This document shows positions 1 to 9,101 of a stretch of DNA of 64,000 bases, piece after piece. The translations under genes and the position numbers were made by a program. Position 1 is the first letter of the stretch, and each line of letters opens with the position of its first letter. The stretch is taken from positions 888 to 64,887 of the forward strand of contig NZ_JANPKO010000096.1 in assembly GCF_031426035.1 (NCBI RefSeq). Direction: 5' to 3'. Source of the DNA: Sphingomonas sp. (GTDB lineage Bacteria; Pseudomonadota; Alphaproteobacteria; Sphingomonadales; Sphingomonadaceae). The notes under the pieces are model-generated. The model searched no databases, was not told where the DNA came from, and worked only from the letters and a program-made list of their open reading frames with translations.

Positions 1-317
1 GCGCCGGTCGCGGCGAGCCGCGCGACGTTGACCGCGGCCTTGCCCGGATCGACCGAATAAGCGCTTTCGAAATCGACCGTCAGCGGCACCTCGACCGCGC
101 GCACGATGCGCTCGGCATTGGCCAAGGCGAAATCGATCGGCACCTGCTCGCCGTCGGGCCAGCCGTGGGCGTCGGCGACCGGGTGGCTGCCGGTGGCGAG
201 CGCCTTGGCCCCGGCGCGGACCACCGCCGCGGCGCTGCCGACGTCCCAGATATTGTACAGCACGACCGGGTTGCCCGGGACATGCAGCGCGGCGAAGGTG
301 TCGAACTTGCTGGGCAT
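1..317 (-). CDS. Isocitrate lyase/PEP mutase family protein (5' part; runs off the window)
   Basis: Hand translation MPSKFDTFAALHVPGNPVVLYNIWDVGSA...ATGSHPVA...PLTVDFESAY; AGGAG RBS upstream. Confidence 0.85.
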   Translation of the reverse strand, partial: MPSKFDTFAALHVPGNPVVLYNIWDVGSAAAVVRAGAKALATGSHPVADAHGWPDGEQVPIDFALANAERIVRAVEVPLTVDFESAYSVDPGKAAVNVARLAATG

Positions 318-402
318 CGGGGCGTCTCCTGCGGGCGATGCCGCGCGGTATAACAGCGCCGCCCCGATTGCCACCGTTGGCGCCGCCGCATAGGCTCGGC
401 CG

Positions 403-2172
403 ATGCTAATTTTGCTCGCCGCGCTCGCCGCCGCTCCCGCCGCCGATCTCACCGCCCCGCTGCCGCCGACCGTCCCGTGGCGCGGCGCCAGCGAGCGGCT
501 GGTCGCGGCGCCCGCCGACCCGTGGATCACCCCCGCCGAAGCGCGCAATTTCGCCGAAACGCCGTCCTATGCCGAAACCCGCGCCTATCTCGAGCGGCTG
601 GTCGCCGCCTCGCCGTTGCTGACCATCGAAGTGTTCGGCCGCGCCGCGCAGGGCCGCGAGCTGTACGCGGTGCGCGCGGGCAAGCCGGGGCGGTCGCCCA
701 AGCCGGTGCTGCTCGCCCAGGCCGGAATCCACGCTGGCGAGATCGACGGCAAGGACGCCGGGCTGATGCTGCTGCGCGACATCGCATTGCGCGGAAAGCA
801 CAATCTGCTCGACCGCGCCGATTTGCTGTTCGTGCCGATTTTCAACGCCGACGGGCACGAGCGGGTGTCACCCTGGAACCGCCCCAACCAGCGCGGCCCC
901 AACAACCAGGGCTGGCGCACCACCGCGCAGAACCTCAACTAGAACCGCGATTACCTCAAGGCCGACACGCCCGAGATGAAGGCGATGATCGGCCTCCTGC
1001 GCAAATACAAACCCGCGCTGTACCTCGACCTCCACGTCACCGACGGCACCGACTATCAGTACGACATCACCTTCGCCTTCCCCGGCTGGGGCGGATATTA
1101 CGCGCACTCGCCGAGCATCGGCCGCTGGCTCGACCGCCGCTACCGCCCCGCGCTGACCGCCGCGCTGGCGGGCGCCGGCCACGTCCCCGGTGTCTACATC
1201 GACACCGTCGACGGCCGCGATCCGGACTTGGGCATCCGCCTCAACCCCGACCAGCCGCGCTACTCGACCGGCTATGCCGACCTCGCGCGGATCCCGTCGG
1301 TGCTGGTCGAGAACCATTCGCTCAAGCCGTATCGCCAGCGCGTGCTCGGCACTTATGTGCTGGTCGAGGAATCGCTGCGGCTGGTCGGCGCCGAGGGCCC
1401 GCGCATCTCCGCCGCGATCGCCGCCGACCGCGCCAGCCGACCGCGCACCGAAACGCTGAGCTGGAAGCCGGCGCCGAGGCCGCTGTACGTGATCCCCGAC
1501 TTCAAGGGCATCGCGCACGTAAAGTACAAGTCGCCGGCTTCGGGCGGCAGTGAGGTGCGCTATCTCGGGCGCCCAATCACCCAGCGCATGCCGGTGATCG
1601 GCGCGGTGCCCGACAAGGTGGTGACGCTGCCCGCGGCGTGGTGGGTGCCGGCGACCAAGCCCGAGGTGATCGCGCTGCTGCGGCTGCACGGCGTCGAGTT
1701 CGAAACGCTTGCCGCCCCGCGCACCGTCAGCGTCGACATGGTGCGGCTCTCCGGCGCCGAAACCAAGGCCGCCGATGAGGGCCATATCCCGCTCAAGGTC
1801 GCCGGTTTCACCCACGCCCGGGCGCAGGAAACTTTCCCCGCGGGATCGGTGCGCGTGCCCTCGGCCCAGCCGCTCGGCCTGCTCGCCGCGGCGATGCTTG
1901 AGCCGGAGAGCCCCGACTCATTGCTGGCGTGGAATTTCTTCCCCGAGATCCTCCAGCGCACCGAATATATCGAAGGCTATGCGATCGCCCCGCTCGCCGA
2001 GCGCATGCTTGCCGCCGACCCGAAGCTGCGCCGCGAATTCGAGGCAAAGCTCAAGGCCGACCCCAAATTCGCCGCCAGCCCCGATGCGCGGCTCGGCTGG
2101 TTCTACGAGCGCACGCCTTATTACGACCCGCGCTACCTGCTCTACCCGGTTGGCCGCGAACTCAAGCGCTAG
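403..2172 (+). pseudogene. M14 zinc carboxypeptidase interrupted by an in-frame TAG at 940-942 (pseudogene or base-call error)
   Basis: ORFs 403-942 and 976-2172 share a frame; signal peptide, HAGE (HxxE) motif; NLN*NRDY where homologues read NLNLNRDY. Confidence 0.8.
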
Positions 2173-2238
2173 CAAGGTCCCCGCTGCGGTCGCCAGCAGC
2201 CACCGAACGCCGGGAAGCGACGGCAACGGCGGCAACTG

Positions 2239-2320
2239 ATAGTATATACTATTGGGAGGCGGATTAGCCTGTAATGTGTACGGCCGTGAGCGGGGCGGGG
2301 TGGCAATAGTATATACTATT
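2239..2320. promoter_or_regulatory. Pair of AT-rich palindromes (operator-like)
   Basis: ATAGTATATACTAT at 2239-2252 and AATAGTATATACTATT at 2305-2320, both perfect palindromes. Confidence 0.55.
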
Positions 2321-2522
2321 ATCGATCTGGCTGCCGTTAGGAACCCGCTCTCCCTTTGCGAGCTGCCTTGGGGGAGGCGGTCGGTGTTGCGGGTGAGAGA
2401 AGTGGCTGCGGTGGAGGTGGCGCGCTCTACGGGCGCGGCGGTCCGCCGTGACGACCCGGGCAGTCCGGCCGTTTCCGCTCCAGTTTCCGCCCGCCCGGCT
2501 CGCCGCCCCCGCCGCCCTCCGC

Positions 2523-4193
2523 CTAAACCTTCGACGGATAGGCGGGGCGGATGTCGACCGGGATGTGGCCCATGGTCGCGATCACCTGGCTCGCCTCGGC
2601 ATCTAGCACGCCCCATTTGTCCATGAACGCCTTGGCCCCGGCATAATCGCCGGTCGCCTGCAGCCGCACGATCTCCGCCACTAAAGCGCGGATCGCGCCG
2701 TCGATCTTCGCCTCGTCAATGCGGAAGCGCTTGGCCCCGGCATCCCACGCGAAGGCGCCCTTGTCGCGCAGGAAGCGGTACTGCATCGCGGCGCCCTTGC
2801 CGTGGGCGTCGTTGGCGCCGAATCGCATCGCGCGGAACAGCCCGGCGATGTAGGTGGCGCGGATCTGCGGGCGCTCGGCGGCCGGGATCAGCCCCTTGTC
2901 CATCATGTGCATGACGTTCCACGCGCCCATCACGTCGGCTTTGGCCTCCTCGAAGTCGCTGGCGATCTCCTTCAGTTCCTGGTCGACCGTGGTGGCGCGC
3001 CCGCCGACGTTGATCGAGCCCGGCCCGAGGCTGTGCGACAATTCGTGGAACAGCGTCTCCATGTACATGTAGCGCTGGTTGACGTTGGCGGCCTGGTCGG
3101 GGACCAGCACGAGGCCCGCCATCGGCTTCAGGATCATTTCGTACTTGGCGCCGAGCACGTTCTGCAAAATGACCTTCTTGGCGCCCTTGGCCTCGCGCAC
3201 GCGCTCGTCGTTGGGGAGGTTAAAGGCGATCGACTGGACGCCGTGGTTGCTGTCGCCGCCGGCGTGCAGCTGGTCGGTCACCGCGATCGGCGATTCGAAC
3301 CCGCGCTTGAAGTTCTTGAAGCGCTCCTCGACCGGCAGATTCTGCTCCATCCCGCGCAGCTCGGCCTTGTAAACGTCGAGCGCCGCCGATTCCTTGGGAT
3401 TGCGCAGCGTGACATAGGCTTCGAACGCGGTCTTCCGGCCGTACAATTTGTCGGTGTAGGTCTCGTACGGCCCGATCACGACCTCGATCGGGGTGTCCTT
3501 CAGGTCCATCCACGCCAGCTCGGATTCGTAATAATCGTCGTTGCGGAACGCCGCCGCGCGCAGCGTCAGGAATTTCTTGAGGCTCGCATTGCTGGTCTTG
3601 GCGGCGGCCTGCTCGAGCAGCTTGGCGGCCGGCTCGAGCCACTGCTTATATTCTTGCGAATAAGGCACCGCGACCAGCCGATCGCCGTCGCGCTTGACCA
3701 CGGTGTAGGGGTCGGTCAGCCGTGCCGCCTCGCCCGGGTGCGCCTTCAAATAGGCGTCGAACTGCGCCTTGGTCAGGTCGGCCGGGTAGAAGCCGCCGCC
3801 GGGCGGCTTGGGCTTGCCGCCGAAGAACGGCTTGTCCTCCTCGATCTCGTCCCACGGCCCCATGAAGGTGTCGAAGCGGTCGAGTAATTTGGCGTCGCCC
3901 TTGGCCGTGATCTCGTCGCGGATGCGCGGGTTGTCGGCCGAGACCTGGCGCAGATAGATCGGGTCCATCAGGTCGGCGGCCTGGATCAAAAGATTGACCA
4001 CCTCGCGCTCCTCGGCGGTGAGGTACGAGGTGTCGGCCTTCATCTCGACCCGCGCCAATTTGTCGGCGGCGGCGGGCTGTCCGGCGGCGGCGGGCGCGGC
4101 GCCGTTCTGCTCTGGGCTGCTCGCGACGTTGCACGCGACAAGCGAGAGGATGGAAACAGCGGCGGCGGCACCAAGCCAGGAGGATTTTGTCAT
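2523..4193 (-). CDS. Peptidase family M49-like (dipeptidyl peptidase III/NUDT3-like) lipoprotein
   Basis: Lipobox LVAC, HELSH zinc motif, EEAKAD downstream Glu motif. Confidence 0.8.
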   Translation of the reverse strand: MTKSSWLGAAAAVSILSLVACNVASSPEQNGAAPAAAGQPAAADKLARVEMKADTSYLTAEEREVVNLLIQAADLMDPIYLRQVSADNPRIRDEITAKGDAKLLDRFDTFMGPWDEIEEDKPFFGGKPKPPGGGFYPADLTKAQFDAYLKAHPGEAARLTDPYTVVKRDGDRLVAVPYSQEYKQWLEPAAKLLEQAAAKTSNASLKKFLTLRAAAFRNDDYYESELAWMDLKDTPIEVVIGPYETYTDKLYGRKTAFEAYVTLRNPKESAALDVYKAELRGMEQNLPVEERFKNFKRGFESPIAVTDQLHAGGDSNHGVQSIAFNLPNDERVREAKGAKKVILQNVLGAKYEMILKPMAGLVLVPDQAANVNQRYMYMETLFHELSHSLGPGSINVGGRATTVDQELKEIASDFEEAKADVMGAWNVMHMMDKGLIPAAERPQIRATYIAGLFRAMRFGANDAHGKGAAMQYRFLRDKGAFAWDAGAKRFRIDEAKIDGAIRALVAEIVRLQATGDYAGAKAFMDKWGVLDAEASQVIATMGHIPVDIRPAYPSKV

Positions 4194-4258
4194 GGGGAGG
4201 CGTCTAGCAGCGCCCGCCAACGTTCGCCAACCGCGCTTCGACGAACGAAGTCTGGCGA

Positions 4259-4633
4259 TTACTCGGGCGCCGGGCCGAGCTGCTGCCACAGCTCGACCTT
4301 GACCCCGTCGGGGTCGAGGATCCACGCGAATTTGCCGTAATCCTCCTCCTGCGTGCCGAGGATTTCGACCCCCTTGGCCTGCAACTCCGCGATCATCGCG
4401 TCGCGGTCGTCGACCCGCAGGTTGATCATGAACGGCTGCACGCTCGGCCCGAAATAATCGCTGTCCGCCTTGAACGGCGAGAGCAAGGAAAAGCCCTCGG
4501 CCTCGTCCTTCTTGAACGGGAACATCGCGCCCCATTCGCCGCCGATGCCGAGCGTCTCCTGGTACCAGGCGCGCGTCGCCTCGGGGTCGGCGACCTTGTA
4601 GAACACGCCGCCGAGGCCGGTCACTTTCGCCAT
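4259..4633 (-). CDS. VOC/glyoxalase family protein
   Basis: MAKVTGLGGVFYK...YGKFAWILDPDGVKVELWQ. Confidence 0.9.
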   Translation of the reverse strand: MAKVTGLGGVFYKVADPEATRAWYQETLGIGGEWGAMFPFKKDEAEGFSLLSPFKADSDYFGPSVQPFMINLRVDDRDAMIAELQAKGVEILGTQEEDYGKFAWILDPDGVKVELWQQLGPAPE

Positions 4634-4653
4634 TCTGTCCTCCGTAAGATTGC

Positions 4654-5181
4654 TTAGCGTGCTGCCGGAAGTAGTTTCGGATTGCGCAGCAGCGCGGCCG
4701 AAACCAGCGCAACCAGCAGGCCGACGGGGAAAATCTCGAGGAATGTCATCGGCACGCGGAACAAAGGGTTGCCGTAGCTTTGCCGCAGCTCGTTGAGCTC
4801 GGCGGCTTTCCTCGCCAGCTCGGCCGGCGACGCTCCCGCGGCCTCGCGCGCCTGCAAAATGCCGGTGACATATTCGTCCATGAAACGGTAATCGGTCGCC
4901 GCCAGATAGATTTCCCACACCACGACATAGGCCAGCCCGGCAACCGCGGCGATCGCCAGCCCCATCAGCAACGCCGGGCCGAACTTGATCACCCCGCCGC
5001 GCTCGACATCGCGAAAGCGCTTCACCCCGACGAAGATGAAGGTCAGTGCGACCAGCATGACGAGGTAGCGGAACCATTCGGAGCTGAAGAAATTGTCCTG
5101 CCCGGTCATCGTCAGACCGGTCAGCATGACCGCGATGATCACCAGCCCCGACAGCAGGCCATAGGTCAGCGCATATTTCAT
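4654..5181 (-). CDS. DUF4199-like membrane protein
   Basis: MKYALTYGLLSG, four hydrophobic helices; typical partner of the adjacent membrane LuxR gene. Confidence 0.7.
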   Translation of the reverse strand: MKYALTYGLLSGLVIIAVMLTGLTMTGQDNFFSSEWFRYLVMLVALTFIFVGVKRFRDVERGGVIKFGPALLMGLAIAAVAGLAYVVVWEIYLAATDYRFMDEYVTGILQAREAAGASPAELARKAAELNELRQSYGNPLFRVPMTFLEIFPVGLLVALVSAALLRNPKLLPAAR

Positions 5182-5285
5182 CGGCTTCGACTCCAGTCGC
5201 GGAAAGTGCGGAGCCGAGTTGAGCAAGTTTTCGCCGCCGCGACCATCGCCCGGACGGGTGATTTGCCTGGGCTCACCCGCAAAAA

Positions 5286-5699
5286 CTACGGGATCAGCGC
5301 CAGCCAGCGCGCCTTGTCGATGGCCTGGATGCGCCGCTGTACGTCGAGCTTGTCATAGACGTGGCCGACATGCGTCTTGACCGTGTTGGGGGAGATCGCC
5401 AGCGCCCGCGCCATTTCCTTGAGCGACTGGCCGGTGGCGAGCAGTTCGAGGATTTGGCATTCGCGCGGGGTCAGCCCGAGCGAGCGGATCGCGGCGTCGT
5501 TGCGCTCGAACGCGGCCGGGGCAGCGCGCGGGGTCAGCCGCCGCCCCGCCCACAGCCCGAGCGCGACGAACCCCACCGCGAGCAGCGCGACATAGATTTC
5601 GGTCGAGAAGGCGCGGGTGACATAGCGGTACTCGAGCCACTCGAGCGCGGCCACCGCGAGGGCCAGCGCCAGCGCATAGAGGATGACCGTCCTCGCCAT
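5286..5699 (-). CDS. Membrane-anchored LuxR-type HTH regulator
   Basis: Two TM helices, then LTPRECQILELLATGQS...ISPNTVKTHV. Confidence 0.85.
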   Translation of the reverse strand: MARTVILYALALALAVAALEWLEYRYVTRAFSTEIYVALLAVGFVALGLWAGRRLTPRAAPAAFERNDAAIRSLGLTPRECQILELLATGQSLKEMARALAISPNTVKTHVGHVYDKLDVQRRIQAIDKARWLALIP

Positions 5700-5738
5700 T
5701 GCGGCAGGCTCCCAGAAAAGCGCGAGCCCGGCCAGACG

Positions 5739-5766
5739 CGTCATTTCCATCGCAATGAAAATGACG
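5739..5766. promoter_or_regulatory. Probable ArsR operator (12-4-12 inverted repeat)
   Basis: CGTCATTTCCAT-CGCA-ATGAAAATGACG with one mismatch, about 55 bp upstream of arsR. Confidence 0.6.
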
Positions 5767-5820
5767 ATTGACTCGGCGCCGCCGCTCGCTCATTTCCACT
5801 TCTCTCGAAGGGAGGGGCCG

Positions 5821-6147
5821 ATGGACCCGGCAATCGCCACCGCCGCGCTGGCCGCATTGGCGCAGGAGCATCGCCTCGCTCTGTTCCGGCTGCTGGTCCA
5901 GGCCGGGACCGACGGGATGAGCGCGGGCGCGATCGCCGCCGCGCTCGGCATCCCCAATTCATCCTTGTCGTTCCATCTCGCCCAGCTGCGCCGCGCCGGG
6001 CTGGTCGAGCAGGAACGCCGCCACCGCTCATTGATATACCGCGCCGATTATGCCGCGATCAACGCACTGGTCGGCTTCCTCACCGAAAACTGCTGCGGCG
6101 GGGCCGATTGCTCTGCCGCTGCCGAACCGAAGGAGCAGGCGGCATGA
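5821..6147 (+). CDS. arsR: ArsR/SmtB family As(III)-responsive repressor
   Basis: RLALFRLLVQAG HTH, SLSFHL, C-terminal ENCCGG..C cysteines. Confidence 0.9.
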   Translation: MDPAIATAALAALAQEHRLALFRLLVQAGTDGMSAGAIAAALGIPNSSLSFHLAQLRRAGLVEQERRHRSLIYRADYAAINALVGFLTENCCGGADCSAAAEPKEQAA

Positions 6148-6653
6148 GCAAAACCTACAATGTCCTCTTTTTGTGCACCGGCAATTCGGCGCGCTCGATC
6201 CTCGCCGAGGCGATCCTCAACCGCGAGAGCAGGGGCCGCTTTCGCGCATTCTCCGCGGGCAGCCATCCCAAGGGCGAGGTGCACCCCACGGCGCTGGCGA
6301 CGCTCGACGAGATGGGTTTCCGCACCGACGGCTATCGCTCGAAAGCGTGGGAGGAGTTCGCGGCCGAGGGCGCGCCCGATCTCGATTTCGTGTTCACCGT
6401 GTGTGACAATGCGGCGGGCGAAATGTGCCCGGTGTGGCCGGGCCAGCCGATGACCGCTCACTGGGGGATCGAGGATCCGGCGGCGGTTGAAGGCGAGGCC
6501 CAGCGCCGCGCCTTCCGCGCCGCTTTCTTCGCGCTGCAGCGGCGGATCGGCCTGTTCCTCGCGCTCCCGCTCGACAGCATCGACGAATTGAGCCTGCAGA
6601 AGAAGCTCGGCGACATCGGCAAGACCGCGGACACGGAATCGGCGATTGCCTGA
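6144..6653 (+). CDS. arsC: Arsenate reductase, LMW-PTP type
   Basis: FLCTGNSARS P-loop, TVCD, CP, HWGIEDP. Confidence 0.92.
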   Translation: MSKTYNVLFLCTGNSARSILAEAILNRESRGRFRAFSAGSHPKGEVHPTALATLDEMGFRTDGYRSKAWEEFAAEGAPDLDFVFTVCDNAAGEMCPVWPGQPMTAHWGIEDPAAVEGEAQRRAFRAAFFALQRRIGLFLALPLDSIDELSLQKKLGDIGKTADTESAIA

Positions 6654-7317
6654 CCAGCCGGCGCTGGCGCGCAGGCTGCTCGCCGAAGGTCTCGGATCGT
6701 TCTTCCTGTTCGCCACCGTGGTCGGCTCGGGGATCATGGCGCAGGCGCTGGCGGGCGGCAACGACGCGGTCGCCTTGCTCGGCAACACGCTGGCGACCGG
6801 CGCGATCCTGTTGGTGCTGATCACCATGCTCGGGCCGGTGTCGGGCGCGCACATGAACCCCGCGGTGACGCTGGTCGCCGCCGCGCGGCGCGAGCTAGCG
6901 TGGCGCGACGCGGCGCCGTACATCGCCGCCCAGCTCGCCTGTGGCATCCTTGGCGTGTGGGCGGCCCACGCGATGTTCGACCTGCCGATCGTCCAAGCCT
7001 CGACCCACGCGCGCACCGGCCCCGGCCAGTGGCTGAGCGAGGCGATCGCCACTTTCGGCCTGATCCTGACCATCCTCGGCACCGTCCGCCACCGCCCCGC
7101 CTGGGTTCCCGCGACGGTCGCTGCCTACATCACCGCGGCCTATTGGTTCACCGCCTCGACCAGCTTCGCCAATCCCGCGATCACCGTCGCGCGCAGCCTG
7201 TCCGACACCTTCGCCGGCATCGCCCCTGCCGACGTGCCAATGTTCATCGCCGCGCAGCTGCTCGGTGCAGCTTTCGCCGCGCTGACTGCGCGCTTGCTGT
7301 TCGACCCAGCCCCTTAG
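6646..7317 (+). CDS. MIP/aquaporin family channel (AqpS-like arsenite channel)
   Basis: SGAHMNPAVT and FANPAITVAR NPA boxes; TTG start overlaps arsC. Confidence 0.88.
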   Translation: MPDQPALARRLLAEGLGSFFLFATVVGSGIMAQALAGGNDAVALLGNTLATGAILLVLITMLGPVSGAHMNPAVTLVAAARRELAWRDAAPYIAAQLACGILGVWAAHAMFDLPIVQASTHARTGPGQWLSEAIATFGLILTILGTVRHRPAWVPATVAAYITAAYWFTASTSFANPAITVARSLSDTFAGIAPADVPMFIAAQLLGAAFAALTARLLFDPAP

Positions 7318-7988
7318 CGCGGCAAGTTGCGCGAGGAGAGGATGCGGCCGGCGGTGTCGGTCACCACCTCGAGCAATTGCCCGCTGCGGTTTCGCACCTG
7401 GTGGACGGTGTTGCCCGAACTGTTGACCGTCCGCCCGACCTCGGTCAGCCCGGCGCGCGCAAGGTCGAGCACCTGGCCGTTGCGCAGCAGGCTGGTGGTG
7501 ATCCCGCCGACCGTGCCGAGGGTGTTGTTGGCGACCCCGCCGACGGTGTTGACGGTGTGGTCGACGCTGCTCAGCAATTGGGTCACCAGCTGCGGGTTGT
7601 TATCTAGTGTTTGCAGTGTCCGCTCGATGATCGCGCGGACATTGTCGAGCCGAACGATCAGCGTCGCCTGCGCGCGCACGCCCTTCAATCCGATCTTGAC
7701 CTGGTCGACATGGACGTCGGCGCCCGCAGTTAGCTTGAGCAGATTGGCGAGCCGCGCATCGAGCGCGATGTTGACGTCGAGGTTGGCGACATCGATGGTC
7801 AGCTCCTCGACCGACAGATTGGGCACGTCGAGCAGCACGTCGGGCTGGTCGTTGCCGGCCATCGCCTGCTGGGCGAGCGGGGACGGCGGCAGCGGCTGCG
7901 GCTGGGCGGCGCGGCGGGTCTGGGCGGCGGCGGGCGCGGCGGCGAGGGCGGCGGCACCGAGCAGTGCGGCGAGCAAGGCTGTACGCAT
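7314..7988 (-). CDS. Secreted hypothetical protein
   Basis: Ala-rich signal peptide; beta-rich DVLLDVPNLSVEEL domain and a Thr/Gly/Val-rich tail. Confidence 0.75.
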   Translation of the reverse strand: MRTALLAALLGAAALAAAPAAAQTRRAAQPQPLPPSPLAQQAMAGNDQPDVLLDVPNLSVEELTIDVANLDVNIALDARLANLLKLTAGADVHVDQVKIGLKGVRAQATLIVRLDNVRAIIERTLQTLDNNPQLVTQLLSSVDHTVNTVGGVANNTLGTVGGITTSLLRNGQVLDLARAGLTEVGRTVNSSGNTVHQVRNRSGQLLEVVTDTAGRILSSRNLPR

Positions 7989-8016
7989 CGAAAAAACTCC
8001 CCTGTTGATCGAGCGC

Positions 8017-8295
8017 TTAACGCGGCGGGTCGGTCGCGGTTGCCTCGGCGGGAAGTTCATTTTGCGCGGCCAGCAAATCGGCGATGCGGGCGTCGATGCG
8101 AAGCTCGAAATGGTTGCTCGCGCGGGTCCCGGTTGACGCGCTGGCGGAGCCGCCGTCGGGCTCGGCCCAGGCGCGCACCGTGGCCGTCCCCTTGCGCTCG
8201 ATCTTCACCGAGCGGGCATCGAGCGTGGCGTGGAGCTGGATGTCGGGCGCCCCCGCCGCGGCCGCCTGGAGCGCGATGGCGACGATCCCAAGCAT
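8017..8295 (-). CDS. Small secreted hypothetical protein
   Basis: ATG overlaps the LytTR stop (TGATG); signal-like MLGIVAIALQAAAA. Confidence 0.7.
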   Translation of the reverse strand: MLGIVAIALQAAAAGAPDIQLHATLDARSVKIERKGTATVRAWAEPDGGSASASTGTRASNHFELRIDARIADLLAAQNELPAEATATDPPR

Positions 8296-9101
8296 CAGTG
8301 CACGAACCGCGCGACGACGTCGCGGTAACTGCGCGACACCTTGACCTCGGCCCCCGAGTTCAAAACCAGGAAGCATTCGCCGTTGGTGTGCGGCTTGACC
8401 TGGCGGACGAGGTCGAGGTTGACGATGGTCGAGCGGTGGACGCGCTGGAAGCGGCGCGGGTCGAGCCGCTTCTCGAGATCCTTCATCGTCTCGCGCAGGA
8501 TCAGCGTGTTGTCGCTGGTCTGGATGCACATGTAATCGCCGGCGGCGTCGATCTTCTCGATGGTGTCGACATCGACGCGAAAAATCTGCCCTTGGTCCTT
8601 GATGTTGATCATCCGCTCGAAGCGGTTGGCGGCATGGCCTTCGGACGCGGTCTCGCCGGCCAGCGTCTCGGCGGCCTCGGGGGCATGTTCCTCGAGCGCT
8701 TCCTTCAACCGCTCGGCCTCCTCCGCGCCGCGTTTTTCGTTCAAGCGCTGGCGGACGCGGTCGAGGGTCGCGGCGAGGCGGTCCTCGTCGACCGGCTTCA
8801 TCAGATAATCGACCGCCTGCGCCTCGAACGCGCGCAAGGCATGGTCGCCGTAGGCGGTGACGAACACGAACAAGGGCGGCTCGACCTCGAGCAGGCCCTG
8901 GATCACCGAAAAACCGTCGAAGCCCGGCATCTGGATGTCGAGGAATACGAGGTCCGGCTTGTGGGTCTTGATCGCGCGGATCGCCTCGCGGCCGTTGGCG
9001 GCGGTGGCGACCACCTCGATATCGTCATGCGCCTCCAGCCGCAGCTGCAGGCCCTGGGTCGCGAGGGGCTCGTCATCGACCAAAATGGTCCGGATGCTCA
9101 T
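8295..9101 (-). CDS. LytTR family response regulator
   Basis: REC domain (VDDE, FLDIQMP, KP) plus LytTR domain (FQRVHRSTIVN). Confidence 0.95.
   Translation of the reverse strand: MSIRTILVDDEPLATQGLQLRLEAHDDIEVVATAANGREAIRAIKTHKPDLVFLDIQMPGFDGFSVIQGLLEVEPPLFVFVTAYGDHALRAFEAQAVDYLMKPVDEDRLAATLDRVRQRLNEKRGAEEAERLKEALEEHAPEAAETLAGETASEGHAANRFERMINIKDQGQIFRVDVDTIEKIDAAGDYMCIQTSDNTLILRETMKDLEKRLDPRRFQRVHRSTIVNLDLVRQVKPHTNGECFLVLNSGAEVKVSRSYRDVVARFVH

Noticed and set aside
940-942. Pyrrolysine or genome-wide TAG reassignment
   Set aside because: TAG serves as a normal stop for many genes here (for example 2172, 15324, 19663), and there are no pyl genes.
2241-2320. dif or LexA site
   Set aside because: Does not match the XerC/XerD 11-6-11 layout, the alphaproteobacterial GTTC-N7-GTTC box or the CTGT-N8-ACAG box.
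2252-2626. 124-aa ORF in the convergent gap
   Set aside because: TTG start, low-complexity Arg/Pro tail, overlap with the M49 gene end, and no coding signature.
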